A stretch of DNA of 62,600 nucleotides, filler included, from Choristocarpus tenellus KU-1152 (GCA_964200185.2; 11 parts of 11 records of this genome joined end to end with filler, not necessarily neighbours in it), one strand, 5' to 3'. Positions 26,931 to 41,057 are shown, counted from the first letter of the whole stretch. The notes: generated from the sequence alone by a model not told the origin. Made by a program: numbers and translations.

Positions 26931-28350
26931 GGCTGCAGACCTTAGATAAGGAGAACATGCATGTAGCTGGTGATTGTTGGTGGAAGCTGCAGAGCAAATT
27001 AGTGCTGGTGATGGGTGCCTATACTCTCACCTAACGTTTAGTTCTCACAAGACGCCTCTTTGTTAGTGGGGTGTGGTATTTTGGGGAACAGGAGGGCAGA
27101 TTCCTTCCATAAGCTGGTTTTGGTCTGCAGCTATGGTTTTGTCTTTGATAGCTCCGGTGAAGTCCTAGTTTTGATGATCTGATTTGGTGAACCTTGCCTC
27201 ACTCCCCTGCCCACCCTTGCACACTTCCACTCTTCAGCATTTTGTTTGTGTTACGTGCCTAGGCACTATCGTTTTGTTAATACCCTTCAGTTTGTGCATG
27301 CTCATGGCATGGATTTTTTTTTAGTGAAAATTCTGTGATTCTTTGAACCTTTTGAGCTTTCCGTTTGTCCTTAGCATGTGTATTGCGGAGGTGGATCGTA
27401 CAATACAGTGGCTCATCATGAAATGCCTGTGCATTGCACTGACGATTAGGCACATGCTATTTAGGAAAAACGTTTTGTCAATTGTTGTGTGTTCTTGGCA
27501 AAAGGATGCATACCAGCCTCAATACTACTTTCTTACATGTATGGTACATCGGAGGAGATGAAGAGAGATACAGCATGATACACCTCTCGACTGATTCGTT
27601 ATAATATTGCATTAGATAAAAGAACGTAATGATCGCTTGTTGTGTGGTGACCTTGCTGCGATGACTTGCTTAAGATCTGTGGGCACAAGCTCGGATGCTT
27701 CATCTCTGAAGCTTTCCTCGTTGGTGTCCAGAATATTTTAGATATTTGTCACTTATCCTCAGTGGCATGAGAGAAGGTAGTCAATGTATTGATATTATTT
27801 GTCTGTCTGTGGCAGTGGATCAAGGAGTACACATGCACACTATCAATAGCATTGGGTTGTACAACATCCCAATCTTTTCGTTGTGTGCTTCAAGTAAGAC
27901 CTCACTAATTATACAATATTCAATAGATCAAACTTGCTGCACTGTACTTAATCGTCAGAAGCAGAGCGCTCTGTTATAATTCACAGAACACACTATCAAA
28001 GAGAGCTGAGCACTTGGATGCTCTACACCATATTTTTCACTACAGGGGTCCTACTTGTTTCATCTTTGAAATAATGGCATCCCACAGAAGTGACCAGGAG
28101 GTTATCGACATTGTGTAGTAGAGAGAGGTTCATGTTAGCATTGGACTGCAGCAAACATAAAATCACCAAAAGTGGCGCAGACTGTGAGCACAATGAACAA
28201 AATCCCATAATTTACATAAGAGGTAAGCTAAAAAGGAACATTGTAATGTGTCTTTCTTTCACTGAAGGCACCACTCATGGAGGAAGACCTTGCACCTCAG
28301 CTGTAACACAAGTGTGCAGGATGTAAAAAAACAAAAAATCGCGCTTCCGT

Positions 28351-31300
28351 TCACCTTCCCATAAGGGCAGCAAAAATCGGCACAGCTAGTGGAAGGACAA
28401 CCCTTCTGCATGCAAACACAGTTGTTAACACCACTGCTCTACCTCCTGCTGTGAGAAGAGTGGCCTGCATGGCCCTGTCCAGCCACTTGCGCCTCCGTAT
28501 ATGGCCAAATGTTACTCCCTGAGTCTGTAGGAAAGAAATTGTGTTGGGTCTAAACACTGTTGGTGCAAGCTTGTGCGAGATACCATCCAGAATGAGAGGA
28601 ACAACAAAACCAAAGATGCTGGCCAGGCCACTGCGATCAAACCCTCGGGAGAGCTCCACCAAATCCTTAGCCTCAGAAGCACGTAGTTGTGAGAAGAGGG
28701 GAAGTGCCTTTGACAGATCGTCTCCTGTCTCCTCGAGACAGTCATTGAGGGCCATGCAATCCTCAAAGGCAGTGTTCACCCCCATCCCAAAGTAAGGCTT
28801 GACCGATTTGATGGCATCCCCTGAAAAACATGACGAAATGGTGTATTCTTTTTAAATAAAATAGAAATTGAATTTGAGTAGAGTCAGCAGAATAGAGGGA
28901 TGGGTCCTGCAGTTTAACTGTTTGTAATGTATGTTGTAACAGTATGGTGGCTGGTGCAGTGAGTGTACAGCATGTTGAGTCAGACCTACAATGTACGATG
29001 ATATGTAAGGAAATTATCATAGACAAGACAGGGGTTGGGGGAGGTAGGCTGGCCAATCCCCCACCTTCTGCATGCTGGAACAAATCCATTTTCTTCTAGA
29101 GTGAAATTCATGATGGAAAAGGGTTTACACTTTTTTTTCACAGTGTGAAAGCCTCTTCTTCGTCTATGTCAGTTGGGCTATTAATGCTATCTATCTAGAA
29201 TATGCAAGCAAGCACTAATTCAGGGTAGAGCAACACCACAAATGCAAACACGTACATTGTTTCAAAGTAGGGTTAGGGCTTTACTTAGTTGGCGGTAAAA
29301 TGTGACTAAGAAAATCTGTTGGTCTTTGTCAGATAAATTATTGCACTGCTCGGGCAAAACAATAGCACACAATATACCACTCTGCTGACCGCTGACTCAC
29401 AAGATGACATAGAACAGAACGTTTCTGGGTTAGTCGGGTACCAGCCTGTGAAAATGTTTCCACCAAAACATCTATCTACCCTTCTCTGAAGTTTCATGTT
29501 GAAGTGTAAAGCTTGATTTTTAGTACAGCAATGAAGATGCACCTTGAAAGTCAATGCTCCTAGTGAAAACAGAGTGCTTTGCGTGGCGACACTGTCAATG
29601 GTGTAATTAATACCAACAATAACGGCAAGATTTGTAGGGTAGAGTATGTTGTAGGGTGTATGCATCTACCCTATCTGCATTTACAAACTTAAACGGAGCA
29701 TTCTCAAGATTAGAGGCTAGTGAATGGAAGTGCTTCGAAAGTATTGGTTTCTGTACCATGTCCCTCCCCCATGGTGAATGACCTTAAAACATAACGTGAA
29801 ATCAATCTTCGAGATTGGGATAGTCACTAGAGGGGACAGACAACGAGGGAACCTTTATTCCTGGCACTCAACATTTGGGTACATGCATCACACTTTATTG
29901 TACTCCATGCACAAAACTATTCCAGGAGATTGATTGCTGACATTTAGTATACACCGACCAAAGTATTGTTGGGAAGCTTGAATAAACCTGTTTTGTTTTT
30001 TTTAAATAGTAAATCAAAACAAAAACCTGTATAGCAAGACAAGGTGCCGCCCTTGGTATCATTGCGTTTGTCTCACTGTGCACCCAGATTTGGATGGAGC
30101 TTGTCAAGTTTACACATGCCGCCTTTTTGGGGGGAAAAAATCGTGTTGACTGAGGAGAGTGGCAAAAACTGTATTGCGATGTATTGAGGCTGTTGGAGAG
30201 TCATTTTGGTTCACTTATAACCCAAGAAAATAGCCTGCTAATTTTCTGCGCAAGATCGATTTTGGAAAGAAAAAACCGAATTCCAATCTCTATACACCGT
30301 TTCCCAATTTCCTAGGAAAATTCTTGTTCTGGTGAAAAAAAAATGCGCTAAAGGTTACAACAGCCCACAACCACTCTGAATCGCTCTGTAGTGATAACTA
30401 GTCACAAAATGTTGTGTTGTGGAGCTTATAGGGTGGGCTCCCCGGTCAATACTCCATTTCAAACTGCATTCTTCAATGGATCACCCTCGACATATTGTTC
30501 TATTCCAGGAGGCAGCTGACTCAAGACATGTTGACCAGGGCATTGTTTTAAGGCAAAGGGAAACTTCGACCGGTCTGACTTCATTTTGGGAGTGTTCAGG
30601 ATAAATATGACCCAAAATATCCACTCATCTCACAACCACATTTGAGGACTGGAATTGGAATTTCCACAATGAGGTCATCAGCATGATCTCTGATTTGCTG
30701 AATAATTCCTGATCTTCATGAGATATATCCCTGTATTCAGCAGGAAAACTTGTGTTGCAAGGACCGTATTCCCGCTGTATAATATTGCATTCTACATTGA
30801 CTTGTTTCCTTCATGCATGATCTCTGTTTGGCACCATACTTCAACCCAAACGCCTTCAAAAGATGGACAGGATATTACGAGAGGGATTTAGAGTTTACAG
30901 CGCGGTGTTAATTGACTGGCAGTTTGGCCTACAATGGAACCCACCTAGAAGAACAGCGCTTCGACCAAGGTGGAGCACTGGGCCAACATAGGAGAACACA
31001 GGAAGGCGAGAGGATGACTGAGCTGCCAGCCTTTCATATGCCTCGTCTGACACCATTTCGGCAAATTGAGGGAACAGCTCCTGCTCACATCGGTTGGCAG
31101 GTATGCATACAAGAGGGCCCGGAAGGAGTGGGAGAAGATGAAAAACCTTGCAATCAAATACATCGCTCAATGCCTGTGATGCTTGCTGCTCCGTGTGATG
31201 AGTTTGTGGTCTTCAAAGGATCAGATATTGGGTAAGCACAGACTTCCAACCTTTCTAAGAGGTGAGAGAACGGCAAGATGATGTCACAGACCCCCCCGCG

Positions 31301-33658
31301 GAAAGTGATCCACCACAAGACTTCAAGTTGTCCTTGGGGCAATCAACTGCCACTTAAAACATGATTGAATCATTCTGATCATACTACCCTAACATGTGCA
31401 CCTCATCGGGGAGCACCATTTAGACGCACTCACACACACACACACACACATAAACTTTGCAAACATTTGGACAGAAGAGGCACGGCACATAAAGACACAT
31501 GTATTACACAGACACAGACACAGACACACCTGAAACAGAGCCTTCGTGTCCCCTGCATTCTTAAGACCCAGCACACGCTGATCACCTGGGCGGAAGAGGA
31601 GGATACCCACATGCATGCCTTCCTTCGTTGGCAATGTTTCCAGGGTGATCTCTTTTTTTGTTCTTGGTGTTCAAAGAGCAACAACAAGCAATGTTCACAC
31701 AGGGACAACAGAGCAATGGACACGATCATGGTCTTTTCTTCCCTCCTCTCCTCTGCCGGTCACACATACGCAACAAATTGCCGTAGGAAACGGGGTGCAG
31801 CATATATGCATGGATGAACTGTAGAGTACAAACAGTACTCAATTCATACGGAGACAACAATATGTAGCACCACCTGCACACTACACCATGAATAGCGTGG
31901 GAGTCGTACATTGGTTGAGATCATTACTCCCGTACCAGGAAAAAAAAACGCGATCACATCACCATCACCGTGAGGGGAAATGTACATCCTTCCTCTACAT
32001 CTCTTGTAAGCAGGTAGCTCATCCAGCATCCTACCTGTGAGAGTAGTTGAAGTCGATCCTGTAAAGTGCAATGTGGTTTGACAGCACACGGGGGAAGATG
32101 ACACAAGAGCTTAGAAGATCAGAGAGTATTGGTGAGTCAGATTCGATGCAGGGAGGATCAACTCGATGAGCTGTGCCAAGCTAGGCGTATAGGTGGGAGG
32201 GAAATCTGATAGGGTTTGTGAGCCTATTTCCCCGTTGGAAGCCCTCACCTCCACCCTTTGTTGAGCTTGAAAGGGACAACCCTGTACACAAACTGGTTAT
32301 TATCTTGGAACCTCTTCACTTGGAGCCTCTTCCCTGACAATGCCTTCATCAAATCGGGAGAGCTTTCCAGGCTATCACGGATTGCTGACTTCACACCATC
32401 AGCCCCCATCACCAGGTCTGCCTCCACCTTGTACTCTTCCCCTAATGAGGTGTCATGGATGGTGAGTTCCGCACCTGTACCCCCTCCTGCCTCTCGCCAA
32501 TCCACCCCCATGCACTCCACACAGAAGCGGACTGTGATGGCATCCTTATGCTTCTCTCGAATTTCCTCGAGAAGGCAGCTGGAGAGACGATCTCGTTGAA
32601 TGACCTTTGATATGTCAAAAAAACAACTGGGGAATCACTAGGTTGCGTGCCTGACAGGTGTTATGGGAGAGGGAGCGCTAAGGTTCTACTATAATAACTA
32701 ACTATGAGTGGGTTTGACATACCCCCGTGTGCCATCCATTGCTCGTATAGTCTGGATCTTATCAGGTTCTGTTGATGTCAGTGGTGATGTCAGAAAACGT
32801 TTAACTTTGAGTTGAATTATCATAGTGGGCTAAATCACCAGCTACTAATCGTCTGTTCAAATGCACCAAAAGGGGGTGTCTAGCTTGCTGCACCTTTGTG
32901 TTGTATTTTCGCTCCGTAAAAATCCTTTCTGCCCCATCAGGGGTCTGCGGGCTCCAGTCTTTGCGCCCCTGTGGTACGAGGTTGTCAAGACATAGGGATT
33001 GGTGCAAAGCATAATGATGGTGTGGCGGCAGCTGGTTCGCCAGCAGAAAATGCGAGGGATGCAGGGTAGGTCACCGACAGTTAAAAGGTAAGGAGCTTAA
33101 ATTTTGCACCAAGTACAAACACATTTGCAACACACTTCCCTTGAATTCCACAGTGATTTCTCGCAGAAAATTTCACACACAACACCCAGGGAGGTGCAAG
33201 AGTGCAATGCAGACCAAGCTCATAGATTGACAGAATTAACGCCTTACCACTGCATCTGCACACCACGACCGCACTCGGTCCATGACGCCAAGTTCAGCCA
33301 GCGCCACCTGGCCCCTCCCGCCAATGCCGAGATTGTAGCTTCTCTCCGCATCTCCCCAAACCGACGACGATGGGACTGGAGGTTCTTGCAGTCTCTCCAA
33401 CACTGTGATATTTTTGTAACCTCTCCTTGCCAGCATCAAGGCTGATGCAAGGCCCGATGGGCCACCTCCCACAATTGCTGTTGACAATGCCTTGGGGGAG
33501 GGTGCACTCCCAAGAGAAGACACTGACGTTGCAACTGACCTAGCGGCTGACATCGTCGGCTTCACTCCAGCCGGTCCCGAGGAGGGTGGGATCCAGGCTA
33601 ATGTCTTCGAGAAATAAACCAGTAGGCATAATGCTAGGGAAGTAACTGGGAGCTGCAT
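28351..33658 (-). CDS. FAD-dependent monooxygenase, kynurenine 3-monooxygenase-like, 534 aa, with probable bipartite plastid presequence
   Basis: Seven in-phase exons: 33658-33248, 32968-32894, 32604-32249, 32058-32035, 31662-31530, 31080-30945, 28820-28351. Motifs IVGGGPSGLASA (Rossmann), RSYNLGIGGRG, ADLVMGADGVKSAIR (DG) and LLGDAIKSVKPYFGMGVNTAFED (GD). N-terminus MQLPVTSLALCLLVYFSKTLA-WIPPSS. Confidence 0.9.
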
Positions 33659-33824
33659 TGGGGTAGAGTGTTGGAGAAAAAAGATTTCGTGGATTGGGTA
33701 TGACAAATCACAATAACATGATCCCAGAAGGCGTTTTGCTCTCAAATTCCAAACACAACCTCCACAATCCAATAAAGGGAACAAGATAGGCATAGGAGAC
33801 ACTGTGCTACTGTCCTGATCTCAA
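33659..33824. promoter_or_regulatory. Putative bidirectional promoter (166 bp between divergent ATGs)
   Basis: The monooxygenase ATG at 33658 (-) and hydrolase ATG at 33825 (+) face away from each other. CCAAT occurs near 33769 on + and ATTGG near 33693. Confidence 0.55.
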
Positions 33825-36550
33825 ATGTTGGGCTCTGTCGTCTCTATGAAGTCGCTGAGTTTTCTGCTGGCCTTGGGGATCATCTTTTCGCTGGTGTGGG
33901 GAAAGCACCTCGCCGCTGAAGGACCTACAGTTGAAGAGTCGAAACTCTTGATGGAAGCACCAATTCACAAAGGAAAAATATATATTGGGAATGGAGACAT
34001 TGCAGTGCCTTATATTGGGAACCTGAAGGCGCCACTGTTAGTGGGTGCGGGTGAGGGATACCGAAATATTCTACTCTTGCACGGGGCAAAGTACTCAGCT
34101 GGAACATGGCTGGAACTGGGCACGATAACCCTTTTGGCAGAGAAGGGCTACCGCGTGGCTGCAGTTAATCTCCCAGTTAAGGAGAGGTGGGTTACAAGAA
34201 GTTGGATCATGCCCAACTCTCTGTCCACGATGAGCTTCACGCGCCTCTCTATCACAAGCGCTTCAACATGCCTCTTCTTTTCCTCTATTTTTGTTGTACA
34301 GAACTATCTATACAAGTAGCACCTGATGTAGAAACTGTAAATAAGTTTTTAGGATTCCACCTACGGTTGTTACTATAGGTGCGTAAATCGTCTGCTGTGA
34401 ATATGGGACAGGCTGCAGTCTCGATCCACTGTTTCATACAGATGTGATGGATTTATGTAAGAGGAATGTGTAACATTGTCACGTTGTCACGTTACCATGG
34501 CACTACTTCTCTGCCCAGGAGAAAGCTCTACAAGTACCATTAGAAAAATTTGCACAGCTGTTCATGAACGATTTCTCGGGCGCTTGGTTATGTGAATAAT
34601 GGAAGGGTTGTTGATCAGGAATATCACAAGTCCACCTTGATCTCTCATTCATGGTCAGATGCGCTGTTGCCCTCCTCCGGGATGCGAAATTTTTATCGCC
34701 GTGCTACGAAGACGTACCCTCCGTAAATTATGTGTTGAGTATTGATAGGATTTGAAGCAGTAGACATTCTCAGTCCTCAGGACACTAATGCACCGAGCCA
34801 TTGCTGATGACCAAAATAGTTTAATTTTGGAACAACTGTGATTTGCAGTGGTGGTAGTCAATGTTCACCGAATCCCTTGGTACACCTGCTATGAAGGTAA
34901 AGAATATTTGAAGACCTGCAAGGTTCCCCATTTTATTGTTGAGGGTAGTGGACAGTACCCTGTTCTTGAAAGATTTCACACCTTGGACAACGTTATGCTT
35001 CCATCACACAGTGTTACTGCTTTTCATGAATATTTTTGCTGAACTCTACATACCCTGTGTATTTTGTCGAGTCGAGTTTTATGAGACCTGCCATACACAT
35101 ATTTCTTCTCCAAAGGAGTGAAAGATTGTATCCATGGGTGAATAAATGATACTTTGAAGAAGATACTACTGTGACTATGAGAATCTGCATTGATTAGGAT
35201 TAGAAGATTCTGGAACAAGTCTCCTCCCTCCCACTATGAGAATGAATTGCCTTGCACTTTCAGATGTACCACTTTCGTGTATTGTAGTCCTTACCTATTA
35301 CATTGCAGAGAATAATCTGAGATCTTGTTTACAGGTTTCTACCGTATATATCACAGACTGAGTTGGAAATTATCTCCTTGAGTGGGAACTTGGATAATGG
35401 ACTACATGTGTGTGTTTGTCTAGCCTTGCAAATTCAAACAGAGCAATATTGCCTGCCCTCCCTTCTTGTTTGATTTTATTGTTTTGTTCATAGAACATCT
35501 GTATGAAGCGTGTTGATATTTTATAGGTGACCGCAGATCCCCTCCATCACCTTAGGTTACTTTTTGGATGTTGATGACTAATAGTTTGATTTATGAAGCT
35601 GTTGTTGGGTTGCATGCTGTTGAGACATTGTTGAGTGCTTGTTATATGCCCCTAATACCAGGTATGATTGGGAAATATATGATGTAGATTCACTCTCGAT
35701 CATAGTGTTATCCAAACTACAACTTTATCCACAGGCATTTCAATGTTTTACACTATTAAGAGTTGGAGTGCAGCGGTGCTAATCGCTACCCAAAGGAATG
35801 GCCACACTATATATACAGTGGTATGCATCTCTTGTCTAATGTTTGTAAAATGTTGGGGCACCTTTTTTTGTCCTGGTTTGTTCGTGTAGCATAGTTGTTG
35901 GTATTTTGATTGAACTGGCTTGAACCCCTGTTGATTTTTTTTTCACATTTGACAATAGGGAGTGTGTGTTATGGCCTGTTAGTAGTGTACTGTATTGTGT
36001 TCATATTGTGCGAGATCTAGCATGTGAGAATAGCAGAAGGCTTCCTACTGGCTGCAACAGCTTACCCTTGGCATGATATTACTCAGTTCAATCTTTGTGC
36101 CCACTACCAAAGGAATCATGCTCACTCCACACCCTATCCAGGTCCCGATCGCGGGAAGACCTGCTTGTAGACATTTGTGACGGCCTTGGGATGGGCAAGG
36201 GGAGCTCACCTGTGATTGTGTCCCCCTCCATGAGCGGCACATTCTCTGTCCCTTTTCTTCTTCATAATACAGCCCTTATACGGGCCTATGTACCTGTGGC
36301 TCCGGGTGAAGCATTAAGGCACACAGCAGAGGAGTTTGCTGCTGTTGAAGACGTCCCAGCGCTGATTGTTTATGGAGAGGAAGACAGTATGGGTGCCCAA
36401 GCATCACAGCTCCTTGCAAATATACCTGGTTCAGACGTGTTGATGGTGCCTGATGCGCCACATGCAGCATACTTGTTTGAACCCAACCTCTTTCATGACA
36501 AACTCTTAGAATTTTTTGATACAAGGGTTTTCTCTCCTTCCATACAGTAG
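33825..36550 (+). CDS. ABHD14: Alpha/beta hydrolase, ABHD14A/B-like, 256 aa, with N-terminal signal/anchor
   Basis: Exons 33825-34186 and 36142-36550 join in phase. Motifs ILLLHGAKYSAGTW, GYRVAAVNLP, VIVSPSMSG (the ABHD14 SxSxS nucleophile), YVPVAP, ALIVYGEED (Asp) and DAPHAAYL (His). Confidence 0.9.
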
Positions 36551-36734
36551 ATCTGAACAACTTTTGTTTGGCACACACTGTTGGGTGCATCAGTTAAGTG
36601 AAACTGGTGTACTGTTCAAGGTGTGCTTACTTTCACGAGGCACAAAGAATACCTTCTTTTCGTAGGCCTGGGTTTAGGTTGTCCCCTAGTTGGAGGATGC
36701 TAAATTGATTTAAGTGGATTCATGTCAGAGGAGG

Positions 36735-36761
36735 GGGTCAAAGTATCTGGTGGGGGGGGGG
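36735..36761 (+). mobile_element. MITE terminal inverted repeat at contig end
   Basis: GGGTCAAAGTATCTGGTGGGGG matches the family TIR. Confidence 0.7.
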
Positions 36762-36861
36762 NNNNNNNNNNNNNNNNNNNNNNNNNNNNNNNNNNNNNNN
36801 NNNNNTTAATTAATTAANNNNNNNNNNNNNNNNNNNNNNNNNNNNNNNNNNNNNNNNNNNN

Positions 36862-36962
36862 CTGCAGTCCCCGCCCCCCCACCCCTGTTTACCACAGAAG
36901 TTGTGGTACCAGCATCAGAACCATCAAGTCCGGCTCTTGATGGAAGTCCACCCTCAGTCCAT
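36862..36962 (-). CDS. Probable exon of an uncharacterised protein
   Basis: Acceptor cctatcag| then WTEGGLPSRAGLDGSDAGTTTSVVNRGGGAGTA, open to the contig end; GC-rich relative to flanks. Confidence 0.4.
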
Positions 36963-39490
36963 CTGATAGGGACATCAAAGTTGATATACCGATAGTCCAA
37001 ACAGAAAAAAGGGAGTAAGTAGGCAGGTAGGGGTACTAGGAAGGGACTTCGGGTACCGACAAAGACAAAAGAAGAAAATATCAAAATAGTGATCAATAAA
37101 AAATATATATTCTCAAAAAAAACAGTATCCAATAAAAAAAAATGTAAGTAAAATCAGCCACCATTAGAGAATCGGTAATAATAGCTAATAATAATAATAC
37201 TGCTGTGCTGTTTAAGGAATTTCTACGCATAACTTACTTACACCAACTCCCTCTAATCGACCATCTAGCCTAAAACACTACAATGATTCAAATACTGCTA
37301 ACAACCTCCAAGAGCAAGGGCCGACTGTCGAAAAGTCTGTGACTACCCACCAAGAAAAGAAAATGCATACATAACAAATAATATATATACATACATACAT
37401 ACACACATACATACACACATACACACATACAATACACACGTATGTTTACAAGTGCTCTAAGTACATTTGGACAGCTCACCACCGTTATCCAAAAATAAAA
37501 TTTGAAGAAAAGGTTTAAAGCACAAATGTTATTTTTTTTAATACGAAAACATTCGTTTACAAACATCCTTTACCAAAAAACTATTATTACAAAAAAAAAC
37601 ACTCCCCCGATCGATTGAGTACTAAGGACAATGAAGAAAAAGAGTGAATCAAAAATTGACAAATTAAGGTATACCCTCTTCTCGCTCCTGTTTAAATCAC
37701 CTATGCAAAGCTCAGGAGAACAAATAAAAAAAGGAAAACCGACAGGGGGATAGAGAGCAATTAATTTAGCAACAAGACTCATCCACAAAGCACAAGGCAT
37801 CGTGATCTTACTACCTCAGCAGAAAACAATTTTCAACCACAACATAAATCGCCCCACTTTTAGTTCATTTTTTTTCTTTAATAGGTGCAATTACGGAGAT
37901 ACACATCAAATTCGGACCCTCTCATCATTAAAAAAAAATGCTCAAGACCATCATCGTCTCCACTTCCATGAAAGAATTCACGAGCAGTTGGACCGTGTTT
38001 GAATCCCACCACTGTACCTTTGGACATCAATGGATACTATTGTACCTTTGGACATTATTGGATACTTACACAGATTTTTTTTTAATTAGGATACCACCAC
38101 TTGAGTGACGCAGTGACACAAAAAGGTACATCACAAGAGAGATACATCCTCATAACTACATTCAACATGCGAGGCATTTATTCTGTTGTTACATGTATTG
38201 CTTACACACAAGCATCATTCAGCATAACAGTGATGCCCATCAACTTGAATACCACCATACCCTCAGCCCTGCCCATCCCCAAGCATCGATTCGACCTACC
38301 ACCAGAACCCCAAAGCCTGGTTCCACAATCAATCCCCATCACATTTTCCATTCCTCTTATTTCATTATCAGCTACACTCCACAGTTCCATCACCAATCCT
38401 AGCCAGAGAAAAGACAGAGTAGACCTCCCACTCCTAGCCTCCACCAAGAACGCCACTCCACCTATTACAAACCCTCAGATCAGGAACGAGCTCTACTCAA
38501 GCCACATGAGGCCATCTCTCCCTTCTCACCCTAACCCTTTCACTCCAGAAACTCTTCACCTCAAACCAAACTGTACAAAAATGTCTTGCCTCACCCCTCC
38601 CTGATCATAACCCACCCTTCCCACCAAGAAACCCACTCACCAGGCAAGGTGATCTCTCCCTCTCTCCCACTCCTACTCAAGTAAAGCAGCCTCTACACCA
38701 TAGACCTCCATCCCTAACCCTACTGCCAGTTCGAAAACCCTGAGGTGAACATCCAAAAACTTCTCCCCGAGTTTATAAAACACTCCCCCAGTCCCCTATA
38801 GAGTCAGTCAGTCTATCACGTGTGGTACCATCCTCCACCTTCACTTCAATAGCCCCTGCCTCCACACCCAACGAAGGTCCTTACACTGTTCAGGTCCTCC
38901 ACTACCAACTACCCCCTAAGAGCCAAGCCAGCAACAAATAACCCCCCCTCTCTCTAGGGCCCGACCCATCCGATCACAACAACACGCTCAACCAACATTG
39001 CATTAGGCACCATCTCCTCTTGATCCATTTATGACAGGTTAGACCCTCCCTACACAAATCTACACAAATCTACATAAATCCTCCAAAAGGAAACAACAAC
39101 AACTGCTCTTTCCCGACTCCACTGACACAGCATATCACCAGTACAAACGCACCAAAGTCCTCCGCCAACACTGCAGCAGTCCCAGTTAACCCCAACGATA
39201 AAACAGTCACAGTAGCCCCTAAAGAGGCAACCTTGTCTCCTACTGAGAACACTTTCTCCTTTTACAAGTCTCTCTCCTACTTCCCCCACCTTGGGCAAGA
39301 ACACACCCTATCACACCTCTCACCACCATGAAGGCAGTTAGAGAGTTCTCTGTGTCCAAGAATGAGTGGCTTTTATTACGAGACTTTTCCAATATATTTC
39401 ACCTAAGAACTACTTCCAACCTCCATCAACATCCCCCATCTCACCAACACTTAATCACTAATACTGATGCAGGTGACATCCATCATCCTG

Positions 39491-39757
39491 CTCACCATAC
39501 CGGTTCTAACACCTCACCATACCGGTTCTAACACCTCATCATACCGGTTCTAACACCTCACCATACCGGTTCTAACACCTCACCATACCGGTTCTAACAC
39601 CTCACCATACCGGTTCTAACACCTCACCATACCGGTTCTAACACTTCATCATACCGGTTCTAACACCTCACCATACCGGTTCTAACACCTCACCATATCG
39701 GTTCTAACGCCTCACCATACCGGTTCTAACACCTCATCATACCGGCTCCAACACCTC
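39491..39757 (+). repeat. Minisatellite, ~12 x 22 bp (CTCACCATACCGGTTCTAACAC)
   Basis: Near-perfect head-to-tail copies with no spacers. Confidence 0.97.
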
Positions 39758-41057
39758 TTTGTTTTGAGAATAATCACACTGCGCTATCAACAGTACAGCA
39801 TTCACCTTTCCAGTGAACTTTTTTTTAAATGCCAATATATCCCAAACCTTTAAACATATCTCCTCCAGAGTAGAGTTTTTTTTTCCAATCCACAGTCCAC
39901 AACAGTGATACGATATCAACCAAACAAATACCAAAAAGAACACTCCTGTAACATTCCTGACCCACTGTAATATCCCAATAGAACCTAGGAAGTAAATATA
40001 GATTTGATGTGAGTCAGAACAGCAAGACTACAACCGTGAAAGGAACCATCGATGATGGTATGAACCATCCAAGTTATGCCACCATAACTATATTATATAA
40101 GTAAACTGGTGGTATTCTTTATCATGTCATACTGATCCACTGTTCGCGGGAACCTTAGATTCATTCTCAAAATCGGTGAGCCACCAATTTCTTGACTACA
40201 TCTACTCCCCTTGGGTTGAAAAAAATCTCGTACTTCAAAATAGATCATGTACCGATGCCCCCTTGAAAAATATTTCATTTTGAAAAAAATTCAATTGCTT
40301 CCACCGCTTCAACATTATTTAGAGATAAGAAGAATATAACAAGAAAAAGAGCAATAATTATAGAAATAATAATTATAATCATACGAACAATAATAACAAT
40401 AATAATTGCACCTCCAACATGTTCTTTTGGTCCAAGAGTTCAGACCACACAATTTGCTCCGGGTTTTAATCAACGCATGCCAAAAGCAGTCACATCAAAA
40501 CAAAAATAAAAATAAAAATAAAAATAAAAAAATAGATTCATTCTACTACACACCAGACTTACGATCAATCACGCTGGCATGCCTATCAATGATTCCTTTT
40601 GAACGCTTTGTTGTCAGATCAGCACGCTGCAACTCAGTATACAAACCCCCAGCAGCAACACTACATACACCCCCTTCACCAAACCTCGAATGGTGATGAT
40701 GAATTGCATCATCCACAATAGGTGTTCAGAAGGAATACCCACAATACTCCACAACAGTCCCTTACACAACATGTACAAATCAGAAAGAGCTTCCACTACA
40801 CACTAAACACAAAAGAAAAAAAAAGAAATACTATGACCACACATATCCTCCAAACAATTAAACGATTCAAAGTCAAGATCCCTTCAATTCAAACTACTCC
40901 ATGCATAATTTCAAACGATATTTAAATTTAATTTAAAAACAAAAAAAAACAATATGCACCCTCTATCTATGCCTTCCTCCTCCACCTTGCCAACAAATAA
41001 AATAAAAACTCCACGCTGCACAGTCCTCCCATCAAAAAAAAAAAATCAAGTTTCTCA

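Noticed and set aside
39491-39757. Possible CRISPR array
   Set aside because: Units are contiguous with no unique spacers, there are no cas genes, and the context is eukaryotic.
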